From Lingula anatina (taxonomy: Eukaryota; Animalia; Brachiopoda), in assembly GCA_051362555.1 (NCBI GenBank), contig CM120643.1:29640848-29704847 (forward strand): 64,000 nt of DNA, in the 5' to 3' direction. Below are positions 33,483 through 48,500 of the stretch, piece by piece. Every line of letters starts with the position of its first letter. The stretch's first letter is position 1. A program made the position numbers and the translations under genes. The notes under the pieces are model-generated. The model did not search any database, was not told the DNA's origin, and saw nothing but the letters and a program-made list of their open reading frames with translations.

Positions 33483-34938
33483 TCATGTTTCTGGCTGGTT
33501 TTTGTTGTCTGTAGATGTGTCTTTTGTGACTTCTGTTATTTTACGAGCATCAGTTGGCACTAAGTTGGGGATCCCGTTCACTATTGGGTACGCCACGTGC
33601 ATATTGTCACACACCAGTTCATTGTTCTCCTTGTCGTATCTGAAATGGAATGAAAATGTCCAAAATATACAGTGAAAATATAAGGCTGTCAATTTAAAAC
33701 TGCTTTTATCAGTCTTGTTACTGGAAACCCGTCTCAGGAAGAGGCCTTATTTCCACCGTTGCCTCCTTCCCTGAAGAGACGAAACAAAAAATGCAAGCTA
33801 TGCTTTTATAAAGCAAAAAAATCATAAATAATAATTAAAAAAAAAATAATCCAAACAATTTCAACAAATTTTCTTTAATTATCAAAACTTCTATTCTATC
33901 CAAAGCTGCTGAGAAAATTGAAATCTGTACAATATCACTTCTTTTTGGACAATAAATGTCCATTTTTGCCAAAAAAGTGAGTTTGTTCTCTATATTAAAA
34001 AAGTGAGTTTTAATCCGTAAAATGTCCTTCTGTACACTTAATTCTGTCTGTCATAAACTTTAGAGTAAACAGCACAGCTTGAAAATTTAAATAATAGTTA
34101 TGAACTGGATATATAAAATAAATGAAACAACTTTTGTAAATAGTGCTGTATGTGAAATACAAAAATTAGCTTTTATTGAGATGAAGAGATGTGAAGCAAA
34201 AGAAAAAAAAAAAAAACAAATAAATGCTAATGTAAGCAGTGTCCAACTTGCCCCCTGAGTTTCAAAGCATATTACAGTGCACAGCCGTGGCATGCTGACA
34301 CTATAGTCTATACTATAGTAATATAGGGCACATATAATGTTATATATGGTACTGAATATTATACCACCAGTATATACACACCTCAATGGTGTTTTGGAGA
34401 CAGGGCACACCAAGTACTGGAGCATTCTCTCGTCAAATTTCTTCTCATCCTGCGGTGATCTGAGTGCTGCTGATAGACTGAACCGCCGTACACTACGCCA
34501 ATCTGTAATTGTAAATATTGAAATATCACGTTCTTGTGAAAAAATTATACTTTATAGTTTATGTTTCCCCTCTCTCTCTATCTAGTTTTATACAAATCAC
34601 ACATATTCATTAAACGTGCTAAATATTGAGTGAATATAACAAAAACTTAAATAGAAGCGCAAGAGGTTATTTAGCGCAGGTGTCGAATACACTTTATAAT
34701 GTAATGTTTTTATTTATAACGTATTTGGTTGAAACAAAATTCCCAGTACGGTACGTGGAGCATCGATTTATTGACTTCCTTTTCTTTCACATTCAATATC
34801 AAGTAATCACTTAAATGTCAATGAAAACAGCATACTCTTTTACCAAAAATGCCCCTTGAAAATGACGACTGGGCTCATAAATTTAGGATTTTTTGTACCT
34901 GTTACAAATAAACGTGTTGCTCTCATGGGCGCCGCCAT
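33483..34938 (-). CDS. PYURF: PreY/PYURF, mitochondrial Trm112-like protein, 105 aa
   Basis: Exons 34938-34899, 34502-34382, 33639-33483 give MAAPMRATRLFVTDWRSVRRFSLSAALRS..MLQYLVCPVSKTPLRYDKENNELVCDNMHVAYPIVNGIPNLVPTDAR. It has an Arg-rich presequence and the LVCP.SK.PLRY...AYPI..GIPN signature. Confidence 0.9.
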
Positions 34939-35158
34939 ATTTGCTCTACTTATCAGCGAATCATCAGCTTTGACACAACTGAATAAGCCAATAGCAATTG
35001 TTGTTTTATGAAGTCTAGGCTATTTCACCTTAACCTTGATGGTGGTGTGCTGAGTACTGCAGAGGCTGGGAGATGATTTCTGCTACTTTTATTTCATGAA
35101 AACATGTAGTTCATACAAAATGTGACGTGGTACCGTTTTCTTCTAATTAAAATAGGTT
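34939..35158. promoter_or_regulatory. Bidirectional promoter region between PYURF and POP4
   Basis: Divergent ATGs 220 bp apart, AGCCAAT (CCAAT box) near 34988, and a YY1-like AATATGGCGGC at the PYURF start. Confidence 0.6.
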
Positions 35159-37231
35159 ATGGAGAAAAAAGCAACAGAAGGTACTGACAGAGGCCGTAGT
35201 TTTGCCTTGATTTTACATCGAATGAATTATAAATGATGTCAAATATATATGGCCGAATATATATTAATTTTCTGTTGTTATTTGGTGTAATTTTTAATGT
35301 AGACATTGAATTGAAAATGTGTGCAGTAGTAACATGTAAGTAATTGAAACGTGTCATGCTCTCAATTTTGAGATGACACCACTGAGGGAGATAAAAAAAA
35401 TCATTGTCGCTGTCAGTTTAGCTTGTCACAGCTTCAGTAAAAAATTAGTTCATTTTTAAATGTAATTAAATGATATTATTGCAGGGAGCCTGTATGCTGC
35501 GCTCCCTAAATATGTGGCTGAACAGAAAGAGGAGTTACAACTGGCTGTAAGTATGTTACTTCTTTTGAACTTCTTTAACTGTCTTAGCATCTCTTTTGTT
35601 TCTTCTAATAATCTAAATGATTTCATTTAGAATTGATGAATTTTCTCCTTGTATATATTTACGTCAGTCAGAATATAATTGTTATAACAGGGCTATATAA
35701 TTGTTTATGCTATATCATTCATTTGGCAAGGATGAGACTTGATATATTATGAAATGAAAAAAAAAAATGTTAGTGTTTGATCCTGGATGCTTATGTTGGT
35801 GTTCTTAAATTTAATTAACATATATACTGTGTATTTTTTAGAATGTATCCAAGGCAGAGAAAAATGAATTTGTGCAGAGCTTCCTCCAGAAGCACCTTCC
35901 AGAGAAGAGACTGAGGCAAGGTGAAGACATTACATTACAGCATGCACATTTTATGTTGGACAATCCCAGAACCAGGAAGAGAAAAGAGGTGAAGTTGAAG
36001 AGAAAGACTCTTTCAGCCAAGGAGAGAAAGGAGTTGAAACTGTTTGAAATTCAACCTGAACATCAAAAGTAAGACCTTGTTTTGTCTTGAATATGCACAA
36101 TGTGTAATTTTTAATATTTCATGTTATTTTCTCGTTAATTGATATGAACAAAACAAATAATGTTATTATACTTAAAATATTTTAGATGCATTATTGATAA
36201 TTTTAATGACAATGCCATGTGAGATATGGAGTCTTAAATACTTTGTTATTTTTTTAATATGGAGAACAAACTGTTGCTCAGCTCTATTAACTTACAAGTT
36301 ATATATCCTGAATTGAAGTAGAACAAAATTTTTAGTATTAAAATTAAGACTTTTTCTCTCTTTGTCCATATTTTTTTATGTACTTTCAAGGCTTAATGTT
36401 GGCATATTTGCACCAGCTTTGCTGTCAAGTTATTATTTTAGAAAAAAAAACCTTTTTATTCTTCAGAGTTCTTTTTCTGTAATTAATCATTCTAATACTT
36501 CATTACTTGCTGTTCATTTCAGGTATGACATGTACACACCACTACATCAGCTTTGGAAGGATTATATGAAAGATGTGATCAACTTTGACAAGTGAGATAA
36601 ACATCAGTTAAAATTTTTCTCTGCCCCCACTTGAATCATGCATGTGCTTTGTGGAATACAAGTAGTTGATATTGTGAATATTTCTGATTACTTTAGATTT
36701 CATTGAGAAATTACTCTTAAAAGGCTTTACTAAAGTAGAAATGGGATTTTTTTTTAATGATGTATTGTGTAAATAGAAAGTGTTGTTTTTAAATAATGTT
36801 TTGTGCACTCAATTGTAGAATATGCCTGCCCATTGTGGCAAGGAGGGTGAACCTTATAGCAATACAAACTCTTAGAGACAGTCCAAAGTTGTGCATTGAA
36901 GACCATTTTCCCTGTCTTACACTATTATGAAGCTTTGAACCTGACAAATATGAGTATTTTATATAAAGGGAAGTTACAGAATAACTAAACCTTCTGATAA
37001 ACTAAATCCCATTTTAATTGAGCAATCCAATCATCCAAAATATATTACCAAAAGTTTCTGATGCTCCTTATTCCATGTGGCACCTTTAGATATCCAAAAG
37101 CAAAACATATTTTTAATCCCATCTAAAGTAGTTTTAAACTTTTATTTTTATTTGCAATGCTCTTTATATTTTATGTTATACAACTTCAACCTACTGGATG
37201 GCAATCTTATTCAGTTATTATTATTATTGTT

Positions 37232-37264
<33 letters not shown>

Positions 37265-37620
37265 TACCAAGCACATGTGGAGTAGTGTGTGTACATATTG
37301 TTTATAACTCATAATAATCTGCTCCTTTACATTTCCCACAGGATCACTCCAGGTAACCAATCACAGATGGAGGAACTTTTGCTGCGGGCTGATCTTCACG
37401 GTGCGGTTCTTACAGTGACAAAGTCCAAGTGTCCATCTTACGTTGGGACATCTGGCATCCTCATTCAGGAGACCAAAAACACTTTCAAGTTGATCACAAA
37501 AGATGATAGACTTAAGAGTATGTATGGTTTTTACATCTGTTTTACGTCTCATATTGTTGATGAATTAGAAATGTTTTGTTTTAGAATATGTTTTGTTACT
37601 GAACATGCATGTGCACCTGT

Positions 37621-37662
<42 letters not shown>

Positions 37663-38403
37663 TCATGAAAATAAATATTTCAAGATTGTTATGCTAGAAT
37701 ATTATCTTTGCAGTACGTATCATGTTTGAAAACTACCTTTGTGACAAAAGTTATGTTTTGGTTTCTTGTAGTTGTTAAAAAGTTTTAACAGCTGTGCAAC
37801 TGTTATAAATGTTTTGTTAATCAGAAAAAAATGCTATAATGATAATAATAATAATAATAACTGTATTAATAATGGCAACCCGTTGGGTTTAAGTTGTACA
37901 TGAAAGGAATTTTACAATGTATGTCTAGTCATTTTTTGCCCAGATACATTGTGGCTGTTGATGCTATCGCCTCCCTGGTGAGGAATCACGGCTGTCGTAT
38001 GAGGTACTCAGAGCTAACAAGTAAATCCTATGATCTTTTGCTGCCAGACCAGAAATTGTCCCATGCTTCAACCCCTTAGTGTTGAGTACCAAGTGGGAAG
38101 ACAGCAGGTACAGTTTATGAAGGACTTTATGTCCATGAAAGGGTCAAAACTATGTCTTCCCACTCAGGCAGACTGAGTCAGACCACAAGACTAAATGGTT
38201 GGTACCATGCTGTGCCTGTGATATGTGAAAATTTGTTATAAAAATGGTCCTTTTCTGTTTCAGCAATTCCCAAACCAAATTCGGTATTCACTTTTGAGCT
38301 GGAAGGTTATATAATTACAATATATGGGAATAACTTTCAAGTCCGTGCAAGTGAAAGAGCTCACAGGAAGTTCAAGACAAGACCAACTGTTGACTTAATA
38401 TGA
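35159..38403 (+). CDS. POP4: RNase P/MRP subunit p29 (Rpp29), 231 aa
   Basis: Exons 35159-35180, 35485-35546, 35842-36068, 36523-36591, 37342-37517, 38264-38403. Motifs include LSAKERKELKLF, PLHQLWKDY, LLRADLHGA..VTKSKCPSYVGTSGILIQETKNTF, IPKPNSVF and RASERAHRKFK. The first exon is the least certain. Confidence 0.93.
36800..36960 (+). mobile_element. Degenerate LINE (CR1/L2-group) ORF2 C-terminal fragment in a POP4 intron
   Basis: Translates as FVHSIVEYACPLWQGG*TL*QYKLLETVQSCALKTIFPVLHYYEALNL, matching the LEYACPVW...LE.IQKRAL..I....Y.EAL motif after RT. It has two stops, and a (TTA)n tract lies downstream at about 37215-37263. Confidence 0.7.
38072..38203 (-). mobile_element. Possible degenerate tRNA-derived SINE head
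   Basis: GTGTTGAGTACCAAG..CAGCAGGTACAGTTT...GACCACAAGACTAAATGGTTGGT resembles, from memory, the reverse complement of invertebrate tRNA-SINE 5' ends. A and B boxes are eroded. Confidence 0.35.
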
Positions 38404-40083
38404 ATCTCAGTGTCTACCCGGTAGTCTGCACTTTGGGACCCCTTAGGTCACTCTGAAAACTACTGGCTAATCAGAGTCCATGTGAGCAGTGTTAATTAGT
38501 CTGAAGATGAAGTCTGTGGCCAAAGGAAAGTTAGTGTAATCAGCCACTTGAATTTGGAGACTACAACTGCAATTTTTTTCCTAAATTGATGCTTAATTTT
38601 TTTGTTATCTTGGTCAGGTGGCTTATTTTGCACACTATAAGTCAACAGCATGGTCTCCATTCTATTTGGGACAAAGTAGTTGACATTGCGCTGCCTGAAA
38701 CATGATGGTATCTAAGCTGAAGCAACGAAGAATTTGACTTAAGTGCAAGATGACAAAATGTGCTTCTGGCTTTGTTTGTAGAGAATTGGAAGTGTGCAAC
38801 TTGGATAATACATAGCAATAAAAATTGGATAATTAGGCTGTTTTTTTATACATATTTTGGGAAACTAATAGGTATTAGGGCATTTCTTTTTTAAGTTGTG
38901 AAGGAGATTATTGAGTCATTATGTAACTTTGCCTGCAAATGAACTTATTTATATATCCTGTTTAATTTTTTGCTCATTTAAAATTATCCAGATGTACTTG
39001 TATTTCTTGAATAAGTCAACTGACAAGAGATATGTATTTTTAGTTAGATTTATTGAAAAATACTGTCTTTGACATAAAAAGCATAAAATGTATTTTATTT
39101 AACAAGTAGTTCTTGAAATAAGAAAATTTTGACAGTTAACAAGCCACAACCAAATAACCAGCAAGCTAAATATGGTTCTTATGATATCTGTAGTACAGTC
39201 TGGCTGTTAGCAAGTTCAGATGATCTCTCTCTATATATATATAATAGCAATTATTGAAAACAATTATAATTGTATTATAATTATAATAATTATAGTACTG
39301 TTATTATATCAATAAATTTATACAACTTGCAAATAGAATTGATTTTGATAATTGAGAAGAACTGGCAACGATTAGAAAAATAATTTCTTTACGTCTTGCT
39401 GCTGTACATATATGTAACATATTGGCCTTAAAGGCTGAGGTTAACGTAAGCATGTGCAGGAATTTTTAGCAGTGTACATATAATGCCTGTGATAAATTAC
39501 ACATAATTTAAATAAAATCTGAATTAAAAGAAGAGAAACATGCATTTCTGTACTATTAAAAAAGAGAAAAAAAAATGCACTGTTAGTGCTTGTGACCTTG
39601 GTCATTTCCCATCATTTCACAATCTCAGTTGATTGTTTTCTCGGGTTATCAGGTTATGATGGAATAAGTTGAATACTCCTCAGAGTCAGAGCAACCGTTG
39701 CATTCTGCAAAAATATCTCAACAAACACAATCAGCGCACTGCACCAAGGCGCATTGCTCCATACGGGTGATCCTTTCACGTTCTTTCGCTGTCACAAATA
39801 GAGTCGAATGAGCAATTTGATTTAAAAATACATAAGTGTACAGAGCACTTGTCTTTGGTTATGTGATGAAAATAAATAAATAAATGCATTGGGCCTTAAA
39901 TCAGAGCTTTGCCAACCACAAATCGTCAACGCTACCCATTAGTTTTAATGGAGACTTCTCCATTGATGAACGTCTTGCAAAAGATATCGAACTTGATGTC
40001 AGAGGAATCCATGACTTTACAATTGAAATAAATGATACAAAATGACAAAAGAAAAATATATAAACGTTCAGAGGTCAATTAAA

Positions 40084-43000
40084 TCAATACATCCCGTACA
40101 AATCGTCGCAGGATTTTGATAGCTGTCTGTCCTTCCTCCAAAACAAAGATATAATTTCTCGCGCCGTCTTTGTCACACATCCTTCTTGTTCCTTTTTCCG
40201 CTTCTTCTTTCTTTCTTTCTCTTTGAGCCTTATCTGCCGCAGTGTTGCAACTAGCAACTCGTCGACTTGGTCGTTAAGCAAGGCTGACGTTTCAATGAAT
40301 TTGCAGTCGTACGCCATAGCTGTGGCCCGCCCCTCTGCAAGGACGAAAAAAGTATAGGCCTACTTGTTATATTGGACGGCTGTTGCTTTAATCTTAAATG
40401 GGGTAAATAATTAACACCCTTTAAGAGCTCTGGCGTGTGCCCCTTGAAAAAATAAAACTTAGTTCTGTATTTTAATAAAAGTTCAAAATGTTAGAACACT
40501 ATTAAAGAGGTTTTTGAAAGGATTATTGGCAAGTTCAACATTCGTCTCTTGTTTAACCCGAGACAACCGATTAAAGTGTAGTCATTCATTATTTTTATTT
40601 TATCTTATTTATTTTTTTCCTTTTTGTCATCTCAATGCCAATCATATTATACCACTAGCTTCAGGGCGCTTTTTATATGCTCTAAATTACATACAGATAA
40701 ATTATATTCATTATAAAATTTATATTCATTATACTTAGCTCTACTGATCGTAAAACTCCCTTAGGACAGCCACGAGCAGCTTTCTATAGTACGTAAATAA
40801 ATTTTAATTGAATTGAAATAATCATCTATAGCTAGCAGCAGGGCATAATGACTTTTTCACAGAAGCATGGTACACTCTGTATCGTTTTTCAAAGCACACA
40901 AGAACAAGAGAATTTAATATTTTACGACATGGTTAGAAATGGTCTCTGTCCTGCAGCCCCTGATAAGTTCTTAGGAGAATTGTTATGGCCGTTTTCCCTT
41001 TAAAATTACATCTGGTCTTGTAAGTAATGACCTGGGATCACACAATGAAGTGGTAAAAATAATAATGCACTGCACTAGCAGCTACGTGGGCAGGTAACCC
41101 CGGTAGGTGGGGGAAACGATATGGATTTCGTTTATATGAAATTTAGATAGGTCGTGCGTAAATCTATTAAAAGTCATAAAAGATTTGTTCTAATGGATAA
41201 GTCAGCTCTGACCAGCCCAGTAATCAAATTTAAATCAAAAGAGCACGAAAATCACTTCAACATGCATGACTCGCCTTTTTTCTCCCCGACCATAAACCTG
41301 AAAGTTATCTCCAATGTAACTACAGACCGATCACCCCTCTCAGAAACGTTTAGAAAGCAATCTTGCTGAGAGTATCGATTCACGCGGATTGCTTGCTGTG
41401 AAGGAGCTAATAAAACAGAGGAGATTATTCTCTAGAAATTGAAATTAGTCTTTAACTTTCTGTTATCACCCAGGGGTTCACACCAGTTCACTGTATAGGA
41501 CTAGTTTGATATTTTTTAGAGACGCCCACTTGTAGTTTCAAACAAAGAATGAGAATTAAAGCACATGTTAGGCATTCACGTTCACATAATACGAGTGAAA
41601 CTAATAATCCAAATTAGCAAAATAACGCAGGAATACGATGAAAAATAAAGAAACAAAATAGTAAACTTAAAGGATAACAACTCTCCATATGAGATTCGAA
41701 TTTCCGCAACCAATGCATTGTAAGCAACACACACAGTAATATAATAAGGTCGGAAGATGAGTGATCAAGACCCTATATTGAAACATCAAATCTCATAGGT
41801 AGACCATTTATCGTCTCTCTCTAGAAACGAAATTACTTATATCATGGTGTTAATACCAGACCTGAAGCAACAGTTATTTAGATGACTATTTTCATAGAAA
41901 TCTTCAGATTATGTCAGACATAACATAGGGCTATAGGCCTATTTACATGTATCACCAAACACTAGGACACAATCGACACGAAAACGACGCCTACATTAGG
42001 ACATGATCGTGAGTTCATCTTCATCATCTGTACAAAAGCAAAACCAATTTAGAAATAACATAACACTTGTTTTCAGTTGACCTGTGTCCACAATAGGCTT
42101 GAACAGTGTTTATTAGATAGACTCTGGCTAAGGGCACAAAACAATGAAGAAATTATTACTTTTGGTTATTAATTATTTTCTCGACTGTTCTTAAACCCAG
42201 GAAAATCAAATTTCTCTGACACACAGCTCTCTCAATCTCAAGAGAGTGTTTCATAATGGTGTGCCCGGGTATAAACTATAAAACCGTGGCTTATCATTGT
42301 CACGCGGACAATAGCGCTTCACCTTTTGACCCGTTTCACCAATTGAAACAGAAACACGGCAATATGTTGCCGGTGTGACAGGAATGGTCGTCCTAGGACT
42401 GGGGTCTCATATGATTACTACAGGTTAGGGTTAGTGGGAGTATTGGGGTAAGTATGTAGAGTGAATGTCACCTGTACAAAGTAATGGGAACGAACTACGG
42501 TTCCTAGCGGACTACCGTTCCTGTCACATTGGCATCTTGGATGGTGCCACGAAAGGGTATTTACAAATGTGTGGACAAATATGAAAAGAAAGAGTGCATT
42601 CCATAAACACCACGGGTATACATGGATCGACCCGATTTTGCGGGGATCTCGCTCAGTGCAATCAGCTTAAAAGATTACCACCCATCCTCCTGGCATTATG
42701 TAGAATACAGAAAAGCTGGTTATTATACGAGTACGTTGGTAACGAAAGGAGACGTATTATTCAATTAAATTGATTGCACTTTGAGAAAGTCCTCGCAGAG
42801 TTGGGAAGATCCACCTAGATTGATGGTGTCTTTATGGGAATGGGGTCTAAGATCCGAGATAAAGAAGGTTATGACGGGTTCAAAATGTGTTGCATTATCA
42901 GCGTATTTGAAAAACGTCAAAACGTCCTTCGCTTTCACATATGTACTGTGATCGTCCCTTTAATGTATGACACGAGATTCTACCTAAAGCGCGCTAAAAG

Positions 43001-43148
43001 TCTAGTGTCTAGTCATTTGATTAGGACGCAAACTTACAGCTTTTTTCACTGGCACGAACCTATGACTTGTGCTTCCTTAATGTATCGACCTACTTTATTG
43101 TGATGTAGTCCTTTTTTATCCAGATTACCATCAAACACGTGGAACATG

Positions 43149-43186
<38 letters not shown>

Positions 43187-44672
43187 AAGTAAATACACTG
43201 TCTTGTGTTATTTTCTATTATTATACCCACATTACCACGAAAGAAATGGAACGCACTTTCACCATCACCACCATTATTATTATTATTATTATTATTATTC
43301 TATCAACTCACCTTCTTGGGTTATGGTCCTTGCCCGCACAATGTCGGCTTTATTCCCCACTAGTATGATAGCCTGGTCGGAGACGTAATCGTTCCTTAAC
43401 TTGAAGAGCACATCTGTGGCGTACTGGTACGAGGCCCGGTCTGCTAGAGAGTAAACCATAATCACAGCGTCAGCGTCTCCGTGAAGACCTGTCTCTTGCT
43501 GAAATGAAAAACAAGTGAAGATAAAGATGTGGCATAAAAAGTCACCTATGAATCGAATTTACGTTCATCTTGAGAAAATATTGTGGAAAAAATGACGTCA
43601 TTTATGACGCAGATGGCAATGTAGAAAATACGCGTACCAGAGGAAAAAAAGATGATTACAAGATTTGGGACCATGTTTTTAAAACTTGCTTCTTCCTTGT
43701 ATTTTACTGTTTCAGAGGTCTGTTAAAAACCACGGTGTTTAATTCCTCGTCAGAACTTTACAGGTTTCACTTCTATCATCATAAAAAAGTTTTGTTATTA
43801 CCATAAAAGAAAGAAAATGAAAACATATTCGTGAACAGCAAATATAAGTTTATGCCTTACCTGCTCTGCAGGAGGCTCTAAAATCCGCATTTCCGTCTCT
43901 TTACCATCTAGTAAAACTGACACTGATTTTTCTATTCCATCATCTGAAATGAACATAAATATATAGTAGTTATTGTATGTATATATCATTATTACATATT
44001 AAATGATAAAAATAACATGATTTAAATTTTATTTTAAAAGTCTGTGGCGCAATGTACATGTGATGGTCCCCCCATCAACCGCCCCCCCCCCCCCTCATCA
44101 GCTACAATCAGGCATAAACTGTGTGGAAATAAAAGTGCATGTTTTGTTTCAATGACCTCACTTTACACGAACATCATCGTCTTTGACTCAACAGGCGTGC
44201 TAACAAGTGTTCCAAATAGATTTCAAATCAGAACTCGAAGAAGAAAAACGCTTCCACCTTAAAGGTTATCCGATATTGATACATAGAGGAAAAGGTACTA
44301 AAACAATTTATCTGTATCTCTACTTTCTATACGACACCGCAGAGGAGAACACTTTACAGTTGCAATGATTAACTTAATGTTGACCGCGGCGTTCCTCATC
44401 AGGTACTTGACGCCCAGTAAGTCGACGAGACTGGTACTTGAAAGCAAACATGTCTTCTTCAGATATCTTTAAATCCATAGATTGTAAGTAAAGTGCTTTA
44501 TTAGGACATGTACTGAATCTTGATTAATAGAATGCCATGGCTTAATTCCTCTTGTGATGTATGCAGTGAAGCACAAGTAAGAAAAGTTGTCCAGGAATCG
44601 ATAGGGTTCACGGAAATGGATTCCATGAAGAAAGGACAGATACAAATTTTACCTTTCATGTCTATTGCAGAA

Positions 44673-44703
<31 letters not shown>

Positions 44704-45538
44704 CTTGACCTAATTATCTTGCTCTTAGTGTTAAAGCAAGTTCATACTTACAATTTCAACTGATATATAAAGAAAGAGAAAAAACTAGACACAAAACAGA
44801 CCACGTGTCAACGTAAAAGAGGAAAATACCCACACATATAACGTAAATCTTTGCCAACAGTTTACAAATAGATCATCAGTTCGTCATCTCATTTCCAAAC
44901 TTGTGGCTGCAATAACGTAAAAAGGAAACCGCGTCAAATGAAGTGCATACTTATGATTGCATAGGGGATTAAAACCACTTTTTTTTCACAACTGTTACTC
45001 CATTCTCCTTTGCAAATTTGGAAACCTGCCTTCTTATGACGTCATTGCTAGAGTCTTACTGCTCCCCATGCGTCAACTTTCACTTTAACAGGATTGAAAC
45101 TGTTGCTTGTCTTCGCACCAGTCTAACAAAACCAATTACATATACAAGAGAATTCTTTGACAATGACTGTGATGAAGAAACACGCAGTTAAATGTCCGTT
45201 AACGTCATTGACCTGCACCCCGACAGTTTTTTGTGGATATTTTGTGGAAAGTTAAAGAGATTACTGCACTACATATGGAAAAAAAACTGTGCCTCATCCT
45301 CCTAATAAACTGAAGTCGCATTTCCTGGCAGACTATGTGTACATGGATTTCAGTCATAGTACGTCTTTTATAATACTGGTTTACATTTCTACACCATTTT
45401 ACTATTTCTCAGATCTGTACATTTATTATATAAATTATTTAAAAAACGGCACTGTCGTGTTGAAGTTTCCAATAATCTCTGAAACTCTATATCGCTTCAC
45501 GAGACACGTACTGTTCTTTTGAAGATACTTACAAATGT

Positions 45539-45569
<31 letters not shown>

Positions 45570-48500
45570 TTTTTGATCTACTTATTTATTTTGCCACTGG
45601 TACATATCTGCGATGCCTAAACGCCTCAACAAGCACGCTGTGCAAGGAATGATTTAACTGCATCGGAACGTAAGCTGAACTCCCAGAAAGACGGCAGCCA
45701 CTGTACATATATTGGGCGGTGTCAGCCAGTTTTACAGAGGCGGGACAGTTCGCTGAAAGAAATTTTGCTCCCAGCATACTCCACATCCCGGGATATACAT
45801 GTAGATCGTGCGTTCAAGAAATATTGCATTTTTTATTTGCATACACGCCTAATGCCATTTGGGTGTTTTACCTATCCGTCCAAGAACAAAGAACACGTGT
45901 TAAAGGCCTTGTCTTACCGGTATGTCATTTCTCACCAAAATGTTCAACGGTGACAGCTGCAACCAGTGAATAAATTTTCAGACTGCTTATAACATGCACT
46001 GTTGCACTTCTGCTGCTACAACATTGATAGCTATAGAAGGTGAGCCCCCCCCCTCCCCCCCTCCCCCCTGTGAGCGTTACACATACATAATACTACCTTT
46101 ACGGAAACGTTGGAAAAGCAATATAATCATGATTGTCATTGTTAACGAAAAGCTTCATTGGGTTGTGTTTAAATGACCTGATATTAAAATGGCATGTATG
46201 ACATCCGTTCAGGAAAACGGTTGCCATACATACCATTAAACATATACCCTTATACTCTTTTATTTTCATTTAAGTAGTTCTTTTGTCTAATCTTCCAGGC
46301 CATCTTTCCGTTACACAAATACAAGAAGAATCGTATGAAGCAGTCATGTAGTATTAACCTCCCGGGGGTCATTTGCGGGTCTTCACTCGCCATCAGTAGT
46401 GCCATTTCGCGGTTATAAATAGATCCTGCTTCGTGTGAAATATCTATTTGCCCTTCTGTTTCGCGTTTAGAAGAACGTTTTTAATCATTGTCATTGAGGA
46501 CAAGAATCCCCAATTGGATTAATAACACAATTCCAATTATTTTAATGTGCCCCAGGAGGTCACTTAAAGAAACAATACCGTCATCCCACGCGTTTGTGTT
46601 ATAACGCACAGTAAGCGACTAGATGCCTTCATGACATCGCCATGATGTTACCGGGAATTCCCAGACATCTCTGAAACCCGGAGTGGAGAGAGATAGAACG
46701 GAACAACATGCAAAGCTCAATAGCTCATTTGTTTAATTATTTATTTTTATAAACAGTACTGCAGGCCTCTCTGAGGTTGGGTGTTTGAATGAGAGAGAAA
46801 AAACCGTTAAGCTAGTGGTAACTGGTCATTTTGTTTTATATTTAATAATACCTGCGTACTAGAATACACATGAGACTTCTCTTTACTCGGAAACGTTGAA
46901 ATATTTCAATATGTTAATTTTGATCTAAATATCCTTTTTTATGAGCAACGACTGGGAAGATTAGGCCAGTTGTATACTACCAATTAGGATAAAGTTCATA
47001 ATTCAATATCAGAATGGCAGAATTTGTTCGTTTATTATTATTATTATTATTATTATGCTTTGATGTGTGCGCGATTTCAAGTAAACAATACGATAAGAAA
47101 TTTTGAGATGCAGAAACATCCCCTGAACACTGACAGTTAATATTCCAGTTTTCACAAAATTTGTTTGTATGGCTTGAAATCAAAGTTTTAACAACACAAA
47201 GGAAATGATTAAAACATTACCTCTATTCTTTCTCTATCTGTGGTAGTCTTTCTATAGAGTATCGACTAACTGGCCTAACTTGCGTCAAAATGCATTTGAC
47301 TTGGGGCTAGTGTTACCGCCTTGGATTGTAGTACACATATATATTTCATGTCCTTGTAGTTTCCTCGTGAAAGAAATTCCACCTGGAACTTAATTGCCCT
47401 TATTGCGGGTTTAAACTTTATTAAAGATAAATACACACAATGCTCGTGAGGCCTTCGTAAGCCAACATTGGGCAGACAATTTCTCTGACCAGTTTGTATA
47501 ATTCATCAGGTTGAGCTTAACGAGTCTTAACCAAACCTTCGGCTTAATGAACCTTAACCAAACTTTGAAAAATAACACCTTGTGTTAATAACTAAATAGA
47601 AATATCGACTCCAGATAGGGGTTAGTCATTGTTATCGTATTTTAAGGCATGGCTAGCACAACAATTTATCCTACAGAAAAGAATATCGCAGTAAATTAAA
47701 ACAACAAAAAGCAAAGTCGAGAGAATTTTCACCGGTACATAGGACAAAAGTAGATGGTAGCTTTTGTCCCTCAAAGGATGTACCACTAATGAAAAAATAT
47801 CCGTGTCAGAGAATGGCATACGAAAACATGAAAACCACTTACTAAGTTGTAATGCGGATTACGGTCTGTGGTAGAAATATTGCTCCCATGAGATTATGAG
47901 AGTCGGAAAGAACATATGGGAGGCAGACTTGAAATGGCAACGACAACGTCATGACAACCGGATCAAGTAGAATTACAAATAAGAGAGTAAATGCGCACTG
48001 ATGAAGCTAATATATGAACCCTTGAGAATAGCGTGTTCATGAGGCAAAGAGTGTTCGTTCGCGAACTGGGGCATTTTTTCCGTTCATCCTTTTTAGAGAC
48101 GTCCGGGCGTTTGCCGCGTTCTGAAACGTTACAGATATAAAGTTAGATACTTAAGTTTGCATCCATGCACTCGTCTTAATGAATAAAACATCACATTTTC
48201 TAGGGGAAAAATGCATTGGTGTAAAGAGAGAATGTCAATTACAACTGCTCTAAGGCATGCCGTTCGATGCACAAACAAAAAAAATGTAACAATCGCTGCC
48301 ATTCACTTGTCTAACCTAGAAGATAACATGCTGAGAAAATAATTGCAATAATTATCATGATGACCCAATTAACACACAATGTTGTGCACAACAATTAGAC
48401 AACACTATATAATCCATTTAATCAAAAGTTTACAAAAATGCTAACGCAGTTCCTAAAAAAATGGCGAATCGGTCATCAGTCATAAAATGCATCAGTGGCC

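Noticed and set aside
42423-42434. Interstitial telomere (GGTTAGGGTTAG)
   Set aside because: Only about two units, inside a MITE-like element.
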